Source of the DNA: an uncultured bacterium
GTDB taxonomy: Bacteria > Babelota > Babeliae > Babelales > JABCYS01
NCBI GenBank assembly: GCA_963705705.1
Contig: CAVPKK010000007.1
Span: forward strand, 256,001-320,000
Length of the DNA: 64,000 nt
Direction: 5' to 3'
Shown: positions 43,345 through 52,325 of the stretch, in pieces
How positions within the stretch are numbered: position 1 is the stretch's first letter
Layout of the letters: each line of letters opens with the position of its first letter
Translations under genes and position numbers: made by a program
Notes under the pieces: generated by a model
Seen by the model: the letters and a program-made list of their open reading frames with translations, nothing else
The model's database searches: none
What the model was told of the DNA's origin: nothing

Positions 43345-44880
43345 TTATTTTTCTTGAGTTTTTTCTTCATCGATAGGATTGTTCTTTGTTTCATATGGGC
43401 CATTAAGCAATTGAAGTTGTTGCTCAATAGCATCAAATAGCTTTTTCGCTTCTGATTTCCATGCAATTATTTTTTCTTGCAAGCCATCTCTAAATTCATG
43501 GCAAGAAGTAGAACAATGACAGTGTCGATCTTCAAGTTTAATAGACCATTGAGCAATGAATTCGCACACCTCTTTTTGTATCCAATGATACATTTTAATT
43601 CGATGGCTCATCGACATGCTTTCAGCTTGCTCAAACAAAGTTTGGCCATGCTCAATAATATCCATCATAGAATAGGGGCTTACCTGCCAAGTAACGGCCT
43701 TTTGAGCATCCAAAATCATTAGCTGCCCACAACGATAACAGCCGGCCCAAATATCTTTGCGATCTTGCATAAATTTACAATACAATTCCCAGACGTACGA
43801 TGAGTCTCGCTTCACAAGTCCTCGTTCGCTATCTGTGCGCTCTACATAGTATTTTAATAGCTCAATAAATTGATCTTCCGCAGCAATGGTGTCATATGAA
43901 AGCTCGAGCGAGTCAAAAATGGAAACAATCTGATCACACGTGCGCGGCATTGATAGATATAACTCCGTATTAGTGTGTGTGGCTACCTTAGCCATATCTA
44001 CCCTCAAACAAGCGCGTACGTAATGCAGAAAATCTTGTAGCGCGCGAGCATCGATCTTGCCCTCTACCCATTGTGCGGCCGAATGTGGCATTGGTGGAAC
44101 AGCTAGAGGGGATATAAATTCCAAAGTACCGCCGACTGTCCATGCATCATCTCCCAATGTTAATAATTGATGCATAATGTGCGCAACTGCATACGGTTGA
44201 GTAAGAGCAATATACTGCTCGGCCCGACCAACAAGTTGGTCATTAATCTGATGTGATTTTGCTAGTGGTGGCAATTTCTTAGCAGTGGCATATGAATCCA
44301 ATAATTCTCCAACCAGAGCTCTATGCCCTGATTGAGTTTCTTCAAAAGTGCGATTGCCGAAAACTCGCCCAAGTGAGAGAATTTTTTGTCCATGCATGCC
44401 TGTGCTCCAAGGAAAAGTTAATGCAATAACATCTCCTAAAACATTAAGGGGTGGAGCAGTTTCAAAGTTCCACGGGCAACGAAATAATGCACCAACGACT
44501 TCATTTGCCAGTGCTTCGGCAGATGCCCCTTTATCAATTTTTCCTCGCATCCAGTCAACCCAGAATCTGCCTTTTTTCATGAAAGCAGCATCCGCTCCCT
44601 CTTTAAATTGATTGGACGTACGCTTGAGGCGACATAGCTGGCTATAGCCAAGAAATTCAAAGGCTAGTCTTTGCAACCCATGTTTTGGTGAGAGCACTAA
44701 TTGACGATTGGCCTCGCCCATTTCGCTTAGCCGAACAAGCGGTTCCTGCTCTGCCAATTGTTTGCAGCGAAAGAAATGTGCTGCATTTTCGTCCTGCATT
44801 GGCACAGCCTGAGTGGCTTGAGAAAGATTGGCAATGCCAGACAATAGTATGAGAATAATAAAGTGATTTAGTTTGATCAT
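43345..44880 (-). CDS. Secreted candidate effector, paralog of 42064-43332
   Basis: Signal peptide, LAFEFLGYSQLCRLKRTS, MKKGRFWVDWM, TQPYAVA. Confidence 0.7.
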   Translation of the reverse strand: MIKLNHFIILILLSGIANLSQATQAVPMQDENAAHFFRCKQLAEQEPLVRLSEMGEANRQLVLSPKHGLQRLAFEFLGYSQLCRLKRTSNQFKEGADAAFMKKGRFWVDWMRGKIDKGASAEALANEVVGALFRCPWNFETAPPLNVLGDVIALTFPWSTGMHGQKILSLGRVFGNRTFEETQSGHRALVGELLDSYATAKKLPPLAKSHQINDQLVGRAEQYIALTQPYAVAHIMHQLLTLGDDAWTVGGTLEFISPLAVPPMPHSAAQWVEGKIDARALQDFLHYVRACLRVDMAKVATHTNTELYLSMPRTCDQIVSIFDSLELSYDTIAAEDQFIELLKYYVERTDSERGLVKRDSSYVWELYCKFMQDRKDIWAGCYRCGQLMILDAQKAVTWQVSPYSMMDIIEHGQTLFEQAESMSMSHRIKMYHWIQKEVCEFIAQWSIKLEDRHCHCSTSCHEFRDGLQEKIIAWKSEAKKLFDAIEQQLQLLNGPYETKNNPIDEEKTQEK

Positions 44881-44888
44881 GATGCTAA

Positions 44889-46001
44889 TTAAATCCCGAT
44901 GCTTCGTTTTTGGAAACTTTTGCGAGATATAGCATATCGCTTTTTATGTTCAATCGTTAGCTTTTGCACTGCATGATAGAAGAAATCACGGTCGGGGCCT
45001 TTGACCACCGCGGCTTCATGCGCTTCGGCCAGCGAAATTGGATAGCCACGTCCCTTTTTAATTTGATCAAAAATAAGTGAGGCTATGGTATCTACGATTT
45101 TATTATCCTGCGCCATCCATGCTGGCATCTCCACACGACCGATTTCCTCGTCGCCATTAATATAAAAGAAATGTGGTTTTAAATGATCGGGATATCGTTT
45201 GGTAATCGTTGCTTGGTTGGCAAAAATGGTACTACGCTGACCTGGTTCCAAATAAAAATGTACCACATTGCTATCACATAAGCTGGTTTCCATTTGAGAT
45301 CCATTGCGTAAATATTCATAGGCGCGAACTAAGCCAACCAATTCTCGGCTCTTGGGATAACTAATGTAACTGGCCATCCATAGGCCAAGGCGGGCAGCCT
45401 GGTCTAGAATACCCAAATATGCAGGTAAAAATCTTTCTTTAGTCACTTCATCCTTGGCTTCTAGATGCCAGAAAATTAAAGAACCATCAAATAAGGTGAG
45501 AAAGGGATGAGTAACATTTCCATCTTTTGATATAGTTCTTCCCTTTTCTAATCCCGCACGCAGTTCAAACTCTTCCCGCAAACAATTAATTAAATCAGTG
45601 CCATCATCACCGCCCTCTTCATCGGCGGCAAAGATAATTGAAGGTTCAGCACGGCGCTGCATGGTAGATTTTGTTTGGTTATAGGAAAATTCAACCGTGC
45701 CGATATTAATGAGCGAGCAAGCTGCTGATTGGTGGCGATCAGGATAAATTTGCGAACCATCGACGGCAAGGATGGTATAACTAGAGGGCGCCACATTGAT
45801 TGCAAAACGAGCATCAACCTCGCCCGTCCACTTTGGCATCGACCACGGCATATTTGCAGCTGTGACCCGTTGTGCAAATAATGGATCCGCACACAAGCGT
45901 TGCCAAATTTCCCGCGCACGATCAACTTCAGCTGAATTATCTTGAAATAAACGCTCGACTTGTGATTGGAGTTCGCGGAATAATTTGCCTCGATCTAACA
46001 T
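44889..46001 (-). CDS. nurA: NurA-domain nuclease
   Basis: LAVDGSQ, LFDGSL, RVE.P, GYP..L.EAHE.A. Confidence 0.85.
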   Translation of the reverse strand: MLDRGKLFRELQSQVERLFQDNSAEVDRAREIWQRLCADPLFAQRVTAANMPWSMPKWTGEVDARFAINVAPSSYTILAVDGSQIYPDRHQSAACSLINIGTVEFSYNQTKSTMQRRAEPSIIFAADEEGGDDGTDLINCLREEFELRAGLEKGRTISKDGNVTHPFLTLFDGSLIFWHLEAKDEVTKERFLPAYLGILDQAARLGLWMASYISYPKSRELVGLVRAYEYLRNGSQMETSLCDSNVVHFYLEPGQRSTIFANQATITKRYPDHLKPHFFYINGDEEIGRVEMPAWMAQDNKIVDTIASLIFDQIKKGRGYPISLAEAHEAAVVKGPDRDFFYHAVQKLTIEHKKRYAISRKSFQKRSIGI

Positions 46002-46083
46002 TTTTCTTCAACCATCTTGCGGTAACTATTGCTGAGGTGTACGATATCTTTACATTGTAAAAATATGCAGAAAAGGAGTTTAC

Positions 46084-46683
46084 ATGATGTCACGCTTTAA
46101 CGCACGTCTTTTTGCCATACTTGGCATTATTATGATATCTCAATCCATCATCGCCTCTGATAAAAAGTCATGGTGGCATTTTGATTCTTGGAGCAAACTG
46201 CTCTCTGCCAATAATTTAGTTCGCCCAACAACTTGCCCTGAAAATTCTGTCGATGCGCATCAAGTTGCACACAATGCTCTGCAGGAAAATGAAAAAAACA
46301 TACCGTCGCAGGTAGCAGATGGCCGAGTAGCACAGGCAGACCAGGAAACAAAATCAACCATGTTTATGCAATGTAGCGAATGGGCATTCCCACTTTCCAT
46401 CTTAGCCGTCTCGCTTTCAATTGCTGAATCTATGTACAGCAGATCCCAGCTGATAAAATTCCGCAAAGAGGTTAAGGAGAAATTCAATACAGCTCTGGAG
46501 ACGATGGGTGAAGAATTTGCCAAAAAATATGATGCGCAAGAAAGAAAAATTGCATGGCTAGAACAAAAGAATCTTGAGTTTAGTCTCCGGCATGAGCAAA
46601 CCTTCCATATACTAAATGATATGGCTGGTGAATCTGAACAAAAAGAAAAAGAAGAGAAAAAAGAAGGAGAAAAGAGTGAATAA
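46084..46683 (+). CDS. Signal peptide + TM + coiled-coil hypothetical protein
   Basis: Hydrophobic N-terminus, WAFPLSILAVSLSIA, charged helical tail. Confidence 0.65.
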   Translation: MMSRFNARLFAILGIIMISQSIIASDKKSWWHFDSWSKLLSANNLVRPTTCPENSVDAHQVAHNALQENEKNIPSQVADGRVAQADQETKSTMFMQCSEWAFPLSILAVSLSIAESMYSRSQLIKFRKEVKEKFNTALETMGEEFAKKYDAQERKIAWLEQKNLEFSLRHEQTFHILNDMAGESEQKEKEEKKEGEKSE

Positions 46684-48046
46684 CGTCTTACTAACTTTCC
46701 TGATTACCATGATAGCTATTCCGTTGCAGGGTATAACCGCCGAACAAAAGAAGAATTTCCAGATGCGTTTGCGTGCTTCAATCGCCCTCCGCCAACAGGA
46801 ATTTGAGCAAAAACGTATGCATATTCCAGTTGCGAGCAATGAAGATTTCGAGCAAGAGCTGAGACGGCTGCGCGCAAAAATCGCCCAAATTCCGGAAATA
46901 TCAGAAGAAGAGCCATCCATTTTACCAGCAGCACTTCTTGGTAGTTCTGCCCTATTCCTAGGGGCCAATACCCTTGCCATGAACCCTAGTAGCCGTTTCA
47001 TTTTGGAAACCATGGCTGCGGGCACGGTAATTAAATTAGGCGCAGCTGTGGGTTTAACCAGCTACGGCATTTACAAAATTCGCCAATTTATGCGCAATGA
47101 TGAGGGTGAAAAAAAATTAAAAAAGGAATTTAAAGAAGGCATAACAGCATGGGTCCGTGAGTTTAATGCAAAAATTGGAAAGGCTCACGAGGATCAGGAA
47201 ATATTCAACGCCGCAATACGTAAAGATTTCGAAGATCTTAAAGCTGAAATGCGCAGCACCTATAAACAACGCAAACAAAAACTCAAAGACCAACTCGATT
47301 CGGGATTTAGTGATATAGGAAAGAAATTGGCGGCCGAAATTGCAGCCCTGAACAAGAAAATTGATACCCACAATAAGGATATCGATGCTCAGAATAAAAT
47401 TATTAAAACAGGGTTAAAGCAAGTCGATGATAAGCTCAAGGAAAAGAAGGATATTAATGCAGAGCATTTAACGCGGCTGGCGAAAGAAAGAGACGATTTA
47501 CTAGCCCGCCTAGCGAAGGAAAGAGAAGAGCAGCGACGAGAAATGGATGCTGCGATAAAGGAACGACTAGCAGCTCTCGAAGCCGAGCGGAAGGAACTCA
47601 AAGCCGAGAAAAAAGAGCTTAAAGATTTATTGGAGCATTTTAAGGCTGCCTTGGCGGAACAAAGTGCGCAACGAGCGCTACAGGCAAAAGAAATAGCACA
47701 GCTTCGAGAACTACTTAATGCTATAGGGCGAGGAAAGTACAAAGCGTTCATCACAGAGATTACAAAGGCGCAAGAAGCTTTCACGGAACAGCCGAAACAA
47801 AGCTTTATGGACCGATTTAGGGGTCGCCATAGCCGTAATAACAGTATTCAAGGAGGAGGAACCTCAAGCCCAGCCCCGACATCCGACAACCCTAGATCTA
47901 GTTTGACGGACGCGCGAGGCCGTAGGGTTTCTTTGGGTGGAACATCACTCAGACCCCCTACTATTGATACCAATGAGTTAAGCAGCCTATATAACCAAAG
48001 CCAGGAAGGTGAGCAAGGTGATGGCAAAGAGGGCGCAGAGGGCTAA
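46676..48046 (+). CDS. Secreted/membrane coiled-coil protein
   Basis: Likely GTG start at 46676 after AAGGAG; signal peptide, two-lobed hydrophobic stretch, long Lys/Glu coiled coil, Ser-rich tail. Confidence 0.72.
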   Translation: MNNVLLTFLITMIAIPLQGITAEQKKNFQMRLRASIALRQQEFEQKRMHIPVASNEDFEQELRRLRAKIAQIPEISEEEPSILPAALLGSSALFLGANTLAMNPSSRFILETMAAGTVIKLGAAVGLTSYGIYKIRQFMRNDEGEKKLKKEFKEGITAWVREFNAKIGKAHEDQEIFNAAIRKDFEDLKAEMRSTYKQRKQKLKDQLDSGFSDIGKKLAAEIAALNKKIDTHNKDIDAQNKIIKTGLKQVDDKLKEKKDINAEHLTRLAKERDDLLARLAKEREEQRREMDAAIKERLAALEAERKELKAEKKELKDLLEHFKAALAEQSAQRALQAKEIAQLRELLNAIGRGKYKAFITEITKAQEAFTEQPKQSFMDRFRGRHSRNNSIQGGGTSSPAPTSDNPRSSLTDARGRRVSLGGTSLRPPTIDTNELSSLYNQSQEGEQGDGKEGAEG

Positions 48047-48193
48047 AATCAGGCCCCAAGGGCATTATTTGGCTCAACCACTCACTCCATAACGTTACAT
48101 ATAGAATATTTTACCCCCTTCTACCTTTTGCACAGATTATCAAATAGTGTAAATTAGGGATCCTTTTTCTTTATTAATGAGGGGTAAATACAC

Positions 48194-49105
48194 ATGATTT
48201 TAACTACCAAAAAGCACCTCTTAGTCGCTGGCCTTCTAGCAGCTACCTGCCTTGGCCTTGCGATTATTGCTCAACCTACATTTCGACCAAATACAAAAGC
48301 CGCAATTTTTGACCTTGGGGGCGTCCTCTTTGAGGTAAATAATGGCAAACTCATCAAAAAGAAGGTCGGAATGGGGAAAATTATTTCCTATATTTTGGGC
48401 TTCAATAACCCATTCAAGCTTCAAGAGAAAGCCTTCAATATCTTGTATCAAATGCGTGGCGAAGAAAAGCCGGCCAAGAAGGCTCTTATAGATCCTATGC
48501 ATCCTCTTGCTCGCGGTCTTCCTATGCCAGAAATTATGATGGAATGGCAGCTGGGTATAAGAACACCGACAGAACTGCTCGAAGAGGTTAATGCCTATGT
48601 TGCAGAACTTGCAGCGAATAAGCATTTCTCTTCAAAGCTTCAAAAACAACTTCTTGAAACCATTTTGACGTGTATCTTTGATGCGAAAGAGCGTATTGCA
48701 TATACCGATCCAATCCAAGAGGGTTGGGACTTATTGAATTGGTATAAGGAAAATGGGTATGAAATTTACGTACTTTCTAATATGGACCATGACACAATGG
48801 ATCTATTGCAGGAGAACTACCCTGATCTCTTTGCCCGTATCGATGGTGTTGTGTATTCAGCGGAAGTCCGCGAAATGAAACCATGGCCATCAATATTTAA
48901 TCATCTATTAGATAAGTTCCGTCTTGAGCCACAGCAATGTGTCTTTCATGATGATCAGATTGAGAACATTAACAGTGCAAAAGAGCTTGGTTTTGAGACG
49001 CTTCACTGTACTGCGCCAAAGGTTATGAAGAAGTGGTTGAAGCAAATTAAAGCTGATACCCCTATCACCATGCCAGGGGCAACATTAACAGTAGCAAGCA
49101 ACTAA
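48194..49105 (+). CDS. HAD-family phosphatase
   Basis: IFDLGGVL, LSN, KP...IF, FHDD...N..A..LG. Confidence 0.88.
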   Translation: MILTTKKHLLVAGLLAATCLGLAIIAQPTFRPNTKAAIFDLGGVLFEVNNGKLIKKKVGMGKIISYILGFNNPFKLQEKAFNILYQMRGEEKPAKKALIDPMHPLARGLPMPEIMMEWQLGIRTPTELLEEVNAYVAELAANKHFSSKLQKQLLETILTCIFDAKERIAYTDPIQEGWDLLNWYKENGYEIYVLSNMDHDTMDLLQENYPDLFARIDGVVYSAEVREMKPWPSIFNHLLDKFRLEPQQCVFHDDQIENINSAKELGFETLHCTAPKVMKKWLKQIKADTPITMPGATLTVASN

Positions 49106-49122
49106 TATAACAATAATGAACG

Positions 49123-49155
49123 CAAAAAGCCCTCCGATAACGGAGGGCTTTTTTG
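49123..49155. terminator. Bidirectional intrinsic terminator
   Basis: CAAAAAGCCCTCCG-ATAA-CGGAGGGCTTTTTTG between convergent genes. Confidence 0.9.
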
Positions 49156-49180
49156 TTGATTTAACAGCTATTTTAGTGAA

Positions 49181-49570
49181 TTAACACTTATCGCAATCAT
49201 CGCCTGACTTACCACCCTTAGGTGACTTATTCATATCGCGTGAGCCACGATCTTCGCCATGTTCAGAATGTCCGCGGTTTTCTCCACGTTCTCTTTCTGA
49301 ATTACGACCTTTTTCTTCACGACCGCGCTCTTCGCGACCACGTTCTTCTGAGCGGCCTCTTTCTTCAGAGCCCTTTTCATATTTACCTTGACCGACATCA
49401 AGAGCACCAGGCTTATTCATTGAATCATTGCCCATTGGTCTGTTACGGCCGTTTTCATTTTCAGAACGACCATGTTCATGTCTGTTTTCGTTTCTGTTTT
49501 GTTCACCAGGGCGATTACCACCTTGGTTTGGATTCTTCATATCCGGTTTTTTTGAATTATTATTGTTCAT
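49181..49570 (-). CDS. Hydrophilic disordered protein with EERGR repeats
   Basis: AAGGA RBS; Asn/Glu/Arg/Gly-rich; ends CDKC. Confidence 0.65.
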   Translation of the reverse strand: MNNNNSKKPDMKNPNQGGNRPGEQNRNENRHEHGRSENENGRNRPMGNDSMNKPGALDVGQGKYEKGSEERGRSEERGREERGREEKGRNSERERGENRGHSEHGEDRGSRDMNKSPKGGKSGDDCDKC

Positions 49571-49617
49571 AACATTATCCTTTTTTTTAATGATTAATAC
49601 TGTGTGTTAAACCAATT

Positions 49618-49791
49618 TTAAAATCCTGTTCCAGCAAATAATCCTGCAAGTAATGCGAGTACAAACAGAATCAAGAAAATATAAAATAGCATCATGGCGA
49701 TATCGGTTGATGCAGCAGCAATGCCACCAAATCCAAAGACACCTGCAATAATAGCTATTATAAAAAAGCCAACGGCCCAACGTAGTAACAT
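49618..49791 (-). CDS. DUF1328 (UPF0391/YtjA-like) 57-aa membrane protein, absent from the ORF track
   Basis: Manual translation [57 protein letters not shown]. Confidence 0.9.
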   Translation of the reverse strand: MLLRWAVGFFIIAIIAGVFGFGGIAAASTDIAMMLFYIFLILFVLALLAGLFAGTGF

Positions 49792-49807
49792 GATTTACCT
49801 TTATTTT

Positions 49808-50023
49808 TTATTTACGAGAAGTTGATTTTTTTCGAGCAGAAGATTTAGCGGGCGCTTTTGGCACTTTGGCGCCTTCTTTGCGAGCTTCCGATAAACCTAT
49901 GGCAATCGCTTGCTTGCGGCTTGTTACCTTTTTATGAGAACGGCCACTTTCCAGTTTGCCCTTCTTAAACTTTTTCATTGCCGATTCAACTTTTGTTCCG
50001 GCCTTCTTACCATAACGTGCCAT
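49808..50023 (-). CDS. DUF6496-like small basic protein
   Basis: KVESAMKKFKKGKLESGRSHKKVTSRKQAIAIGLSEARKEG; GAGGAG RBS. Confidence 0.82.
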   Translation of the reverse strand: MARYGKKAGTKVESAMKKFKKGKLESGRSHKKVTSRKQAIAIGLSEARKEGAKVPKAPAKSSARKKSTSRK

Positions 50024-50239
50024 GGGCATCTCCTCTAAAAATAAATAGTATTCAACTACAGGCTCTAGCATAATGGGTACCCTTTTCAAAAAGCAAGAGT
50101 TTTTTCAAAATCGCTATTTTTGCCTGTATTAAAATATAAAAAAATCATAAGCTCAATCACGATTGACGCAGGCGTGACTAACATAAATGAATGCTATACA
50201 ATCACTGCTCAATTAAACATAAAATAACAAGGTGCGATC

Positions 50240-50758
50240 ATGAAAAGATTATTATTCCTTTTGGCTATTTTACCAATGATATGCTGGGCAACTTCAGATT
50301 CTGCCCATAATGTTGATGAACCAATTGAACATTTTACCCTAAGCAATAAGACCAAGGCCCTGCTGTTTTTTCAAATGCAATGCAAAACCAATATACAAAT
50401 CAACTTACAAGCGGCTGCCAACCGCCAAGATTCCCCTATGCCCTCAGCGCCGAAACTGCTGACATGCGGATGGTCTGGAATAGTAAAGCCTGGAGAAAAC
50501 AAAGCTGACTTAGGCAGGCTTTGCGATATAGATCTCAGAGTGTCAATTGATTTAGAAAAATGGCTCGCCTTCAAATACCGTTCTGGCTTTTTTGCAGTTT
50601 ATCAAGATGAACAAGGCAAACTGGTCGGATGTCGCACTTTAAATGATGATAATGAATTTCTTGAGCTTGAAGCGTCAACACCACTTCGTACAGTACCCGA
50701 CGACTTTCAAACCAGGCTAAAAAAATCAATGCTATCTTCAGATAAGAAAAATGAATAA
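50240..50758 (+). CDS. Secreted hypothetical protein
   Basis: Signal peptide MKRLLFLLAILPMICWA. Confidence 0.65.
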   Translation: MKRLLFLLAILPMICWATSDSAHNVDEPIEHFTLSNKTKALLFFQMQCKTNIQINLQAAANRQDSPMPSAPKLLTCGWSGIVKPGENKADLGRLCDIDLRVSIDLEKWLAFKYRSGFFAVYQDEQGKLVGCRTLNDDNEFLELEASTPLRTVPDDFQTRLKKSMLSSDKKNE

Positions 50759-50797
50759 AGAATAAAATTGTGCAACCATATACAATTTGCTAGACAC

Positions 50798-50825
50798 AAA
50801 AAATCCCTCCGTGCGGAGGGATTTT
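50798..50825. terminator. Bidirectional intrinsic terminator
   Basis: AAAAAATCCCTCCG-TG-CGGAGGGATTTT between convergent genes. Confidence 0.85.
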
Positions 50826-50848
50826 AAATTGTTATAGTAAATGAATAC

Positions 50849-50986
50849 TTATTTTTTACTGCAGCATGAAGAACAATCATCACACGTGCATTTAGCTTTG
50901 CAACAATTGCATTTCGCATCGCTATGATTGCATTTTCCATTTGATTTTTGATTTGATTTGTTTTCTGGTTTTTTAGGGCCGTTCAT
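50849..50986 (-). CDS. 45-aa Cys-rich metallothionein-like peptide, absent from the ORF track
   Basis: Manual translation MNGPKKPENKSNQKSNGKCNHSDAKCNCCKAKCTCDDCSSCCSKK; AAGGA RBS; terminator follows. Confidence 0.72.
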   Translation of the reverse strand: MNGPKKPENKSNQKSNGKCNHSDAKCNCCKAKCTCDDCSSCCSKK

Positions 50987-51131
50987 ACAATTTTCCTTTT
51001 AGTTACTAACTTTTATAAGACCTTCAACTTCATTGTGCTCTTCTCTCTCTGTAGTCATGCCATACGTTCTCCTTTTAAAACAAGCTAGCATGAAAATCAG
51101 TCTATTTTGGCAAAACATAAAAAGCAAGACA

Positions 51132-52325
51132 TTAAAGTTGCTGAATTTTATCAAGAAAAAATGACACTTCATCTGCAGTATTATACATGCCAAAACTAGC
51201 CCGAACCGCGGCATCCAAGCCTAACTGCTTGGCCAATGGCTGAGCACAGTTATGCCCTGCACGAACGCAAATATTGAATTGGTCCAGATAGGCAGCAACA
51301 TCATGAGCATGCATGCCATCTACAATGAAACTTACTAAGCTTCCGCGCTTTTTTAATTCTTCGATGGGCCCCAGCAATTTAATTTTTGGCAACTTCTGCA
51401 GGCCCTCAATAGTTTGCTTACACAACGTAGATTCATACTTCTCAATCGCGGGGCGATCCAATTGCATGAGGAAATCAATCGTAGCTCCCAGGCCAATAGC
51501 TTCAGTAATCGCTGGGGTACCAGCCTCAAACTTTCGTGGTGCTGGTTGCCAGGTAGCATGATGGTAGTCAGTGGTAAAGACCATGCCGCCGCCATATTGA
51601 TATGGTGCAACAGCATCATGAAGTTCTTCTTTAATAAACAATATGCCAATGCCGCTGGGCCCATACATTTTGTGGCCTGAAAAAGCTAAGAAGTCACAAT
51701 TCAAATCCCTCACATCGATAGCTTGGTGAACCACAGACTGTGCGGCATCAACCAAAATTTTTGCACCGGCAGCATGAGCCATGTGTGCAATTTTTTTCAC
51801 ATCTATCTGTGTACCCAAAACATTAGAAGTATGAGCAATCGCAACTAGCTTTACGCCTTTACCAATGCATTCTTCTGCATGTGCCATATCGAGCATGCCG
51901 TCCGTTAACAAGCGAATAACCCTGAGTTCAGCCCCAATTTCATTACAAACCACTTGCCATGGCAAAAGATTACTGTGATGTTCCAAGGCCGAAATCACAA
52001 CCACATCGCCTTTTTTTATATGCTTTGTCGCCCAGGCTTGCGCAATAAAATTAATAGATTCGGTAGTGCCACGAGTAAATACAATTTCCTTGCTTTGGGC
52101 ATTTAAAAATCTTGCCACTTTTGCACGCGCTTCATCAAACTTTTCCGTTGCATGTTCGGCCAGTTTATAAATTCCGCGATGCACATTGGCGTAGCCATGC
52201 AAATAAAATTGCTGCATAGCATCAAGGACTTGTTGAGGTTTTTGTGCCGATGCAGCGGTATCGAAATAAATCAAGTCTGGATTGTGCTCAAACAATGGGA
52301 AGTGAGATCGGATATTAGTTTTCAT
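51132..52325 (-). CDS. sufS: Cysteine desulfurase SufS
   Basis: YFDTAASAQKP, EHHSN, FSGHKMYGP, FEAGTP, VRAGHNCA. Confidence 0.96.
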   Translation of the reverse strand: MKTNIRSHFPLFEHNPDLIYFDTAASAQKPQQVLDAMQQFYLHGYANVHRGIYKLAEHATEKFDEARAKVARFLNAQSKEIVFTRGTTESINFIAQAWATKHIKKGDVVVISALEHHSNLLPWQVVCNEIGAELRVIRLLTDGMLDMAHAEECIGKGVKLVAIAHTSNVLGTQIDVKKIAHMAHAAGAKILVDAAQSVVHQAIDVRDLNCDFLAFSGHKMYGPSGIGILFIKEELHDAVAPYQYGGGMVFTTDYHHATWQPAPRKFEAGTPAITEAIGLGATIDFLMQLDRPAIEKYESTLCKQTIEGLQKLPKIKLLGPIEELKKRGSLVSFIVDGMHAHDVAAYLDQFNICVRAGHNCAQPLAKQLGLDAAVRASFGMYNTADEVSFFLDKIQQL

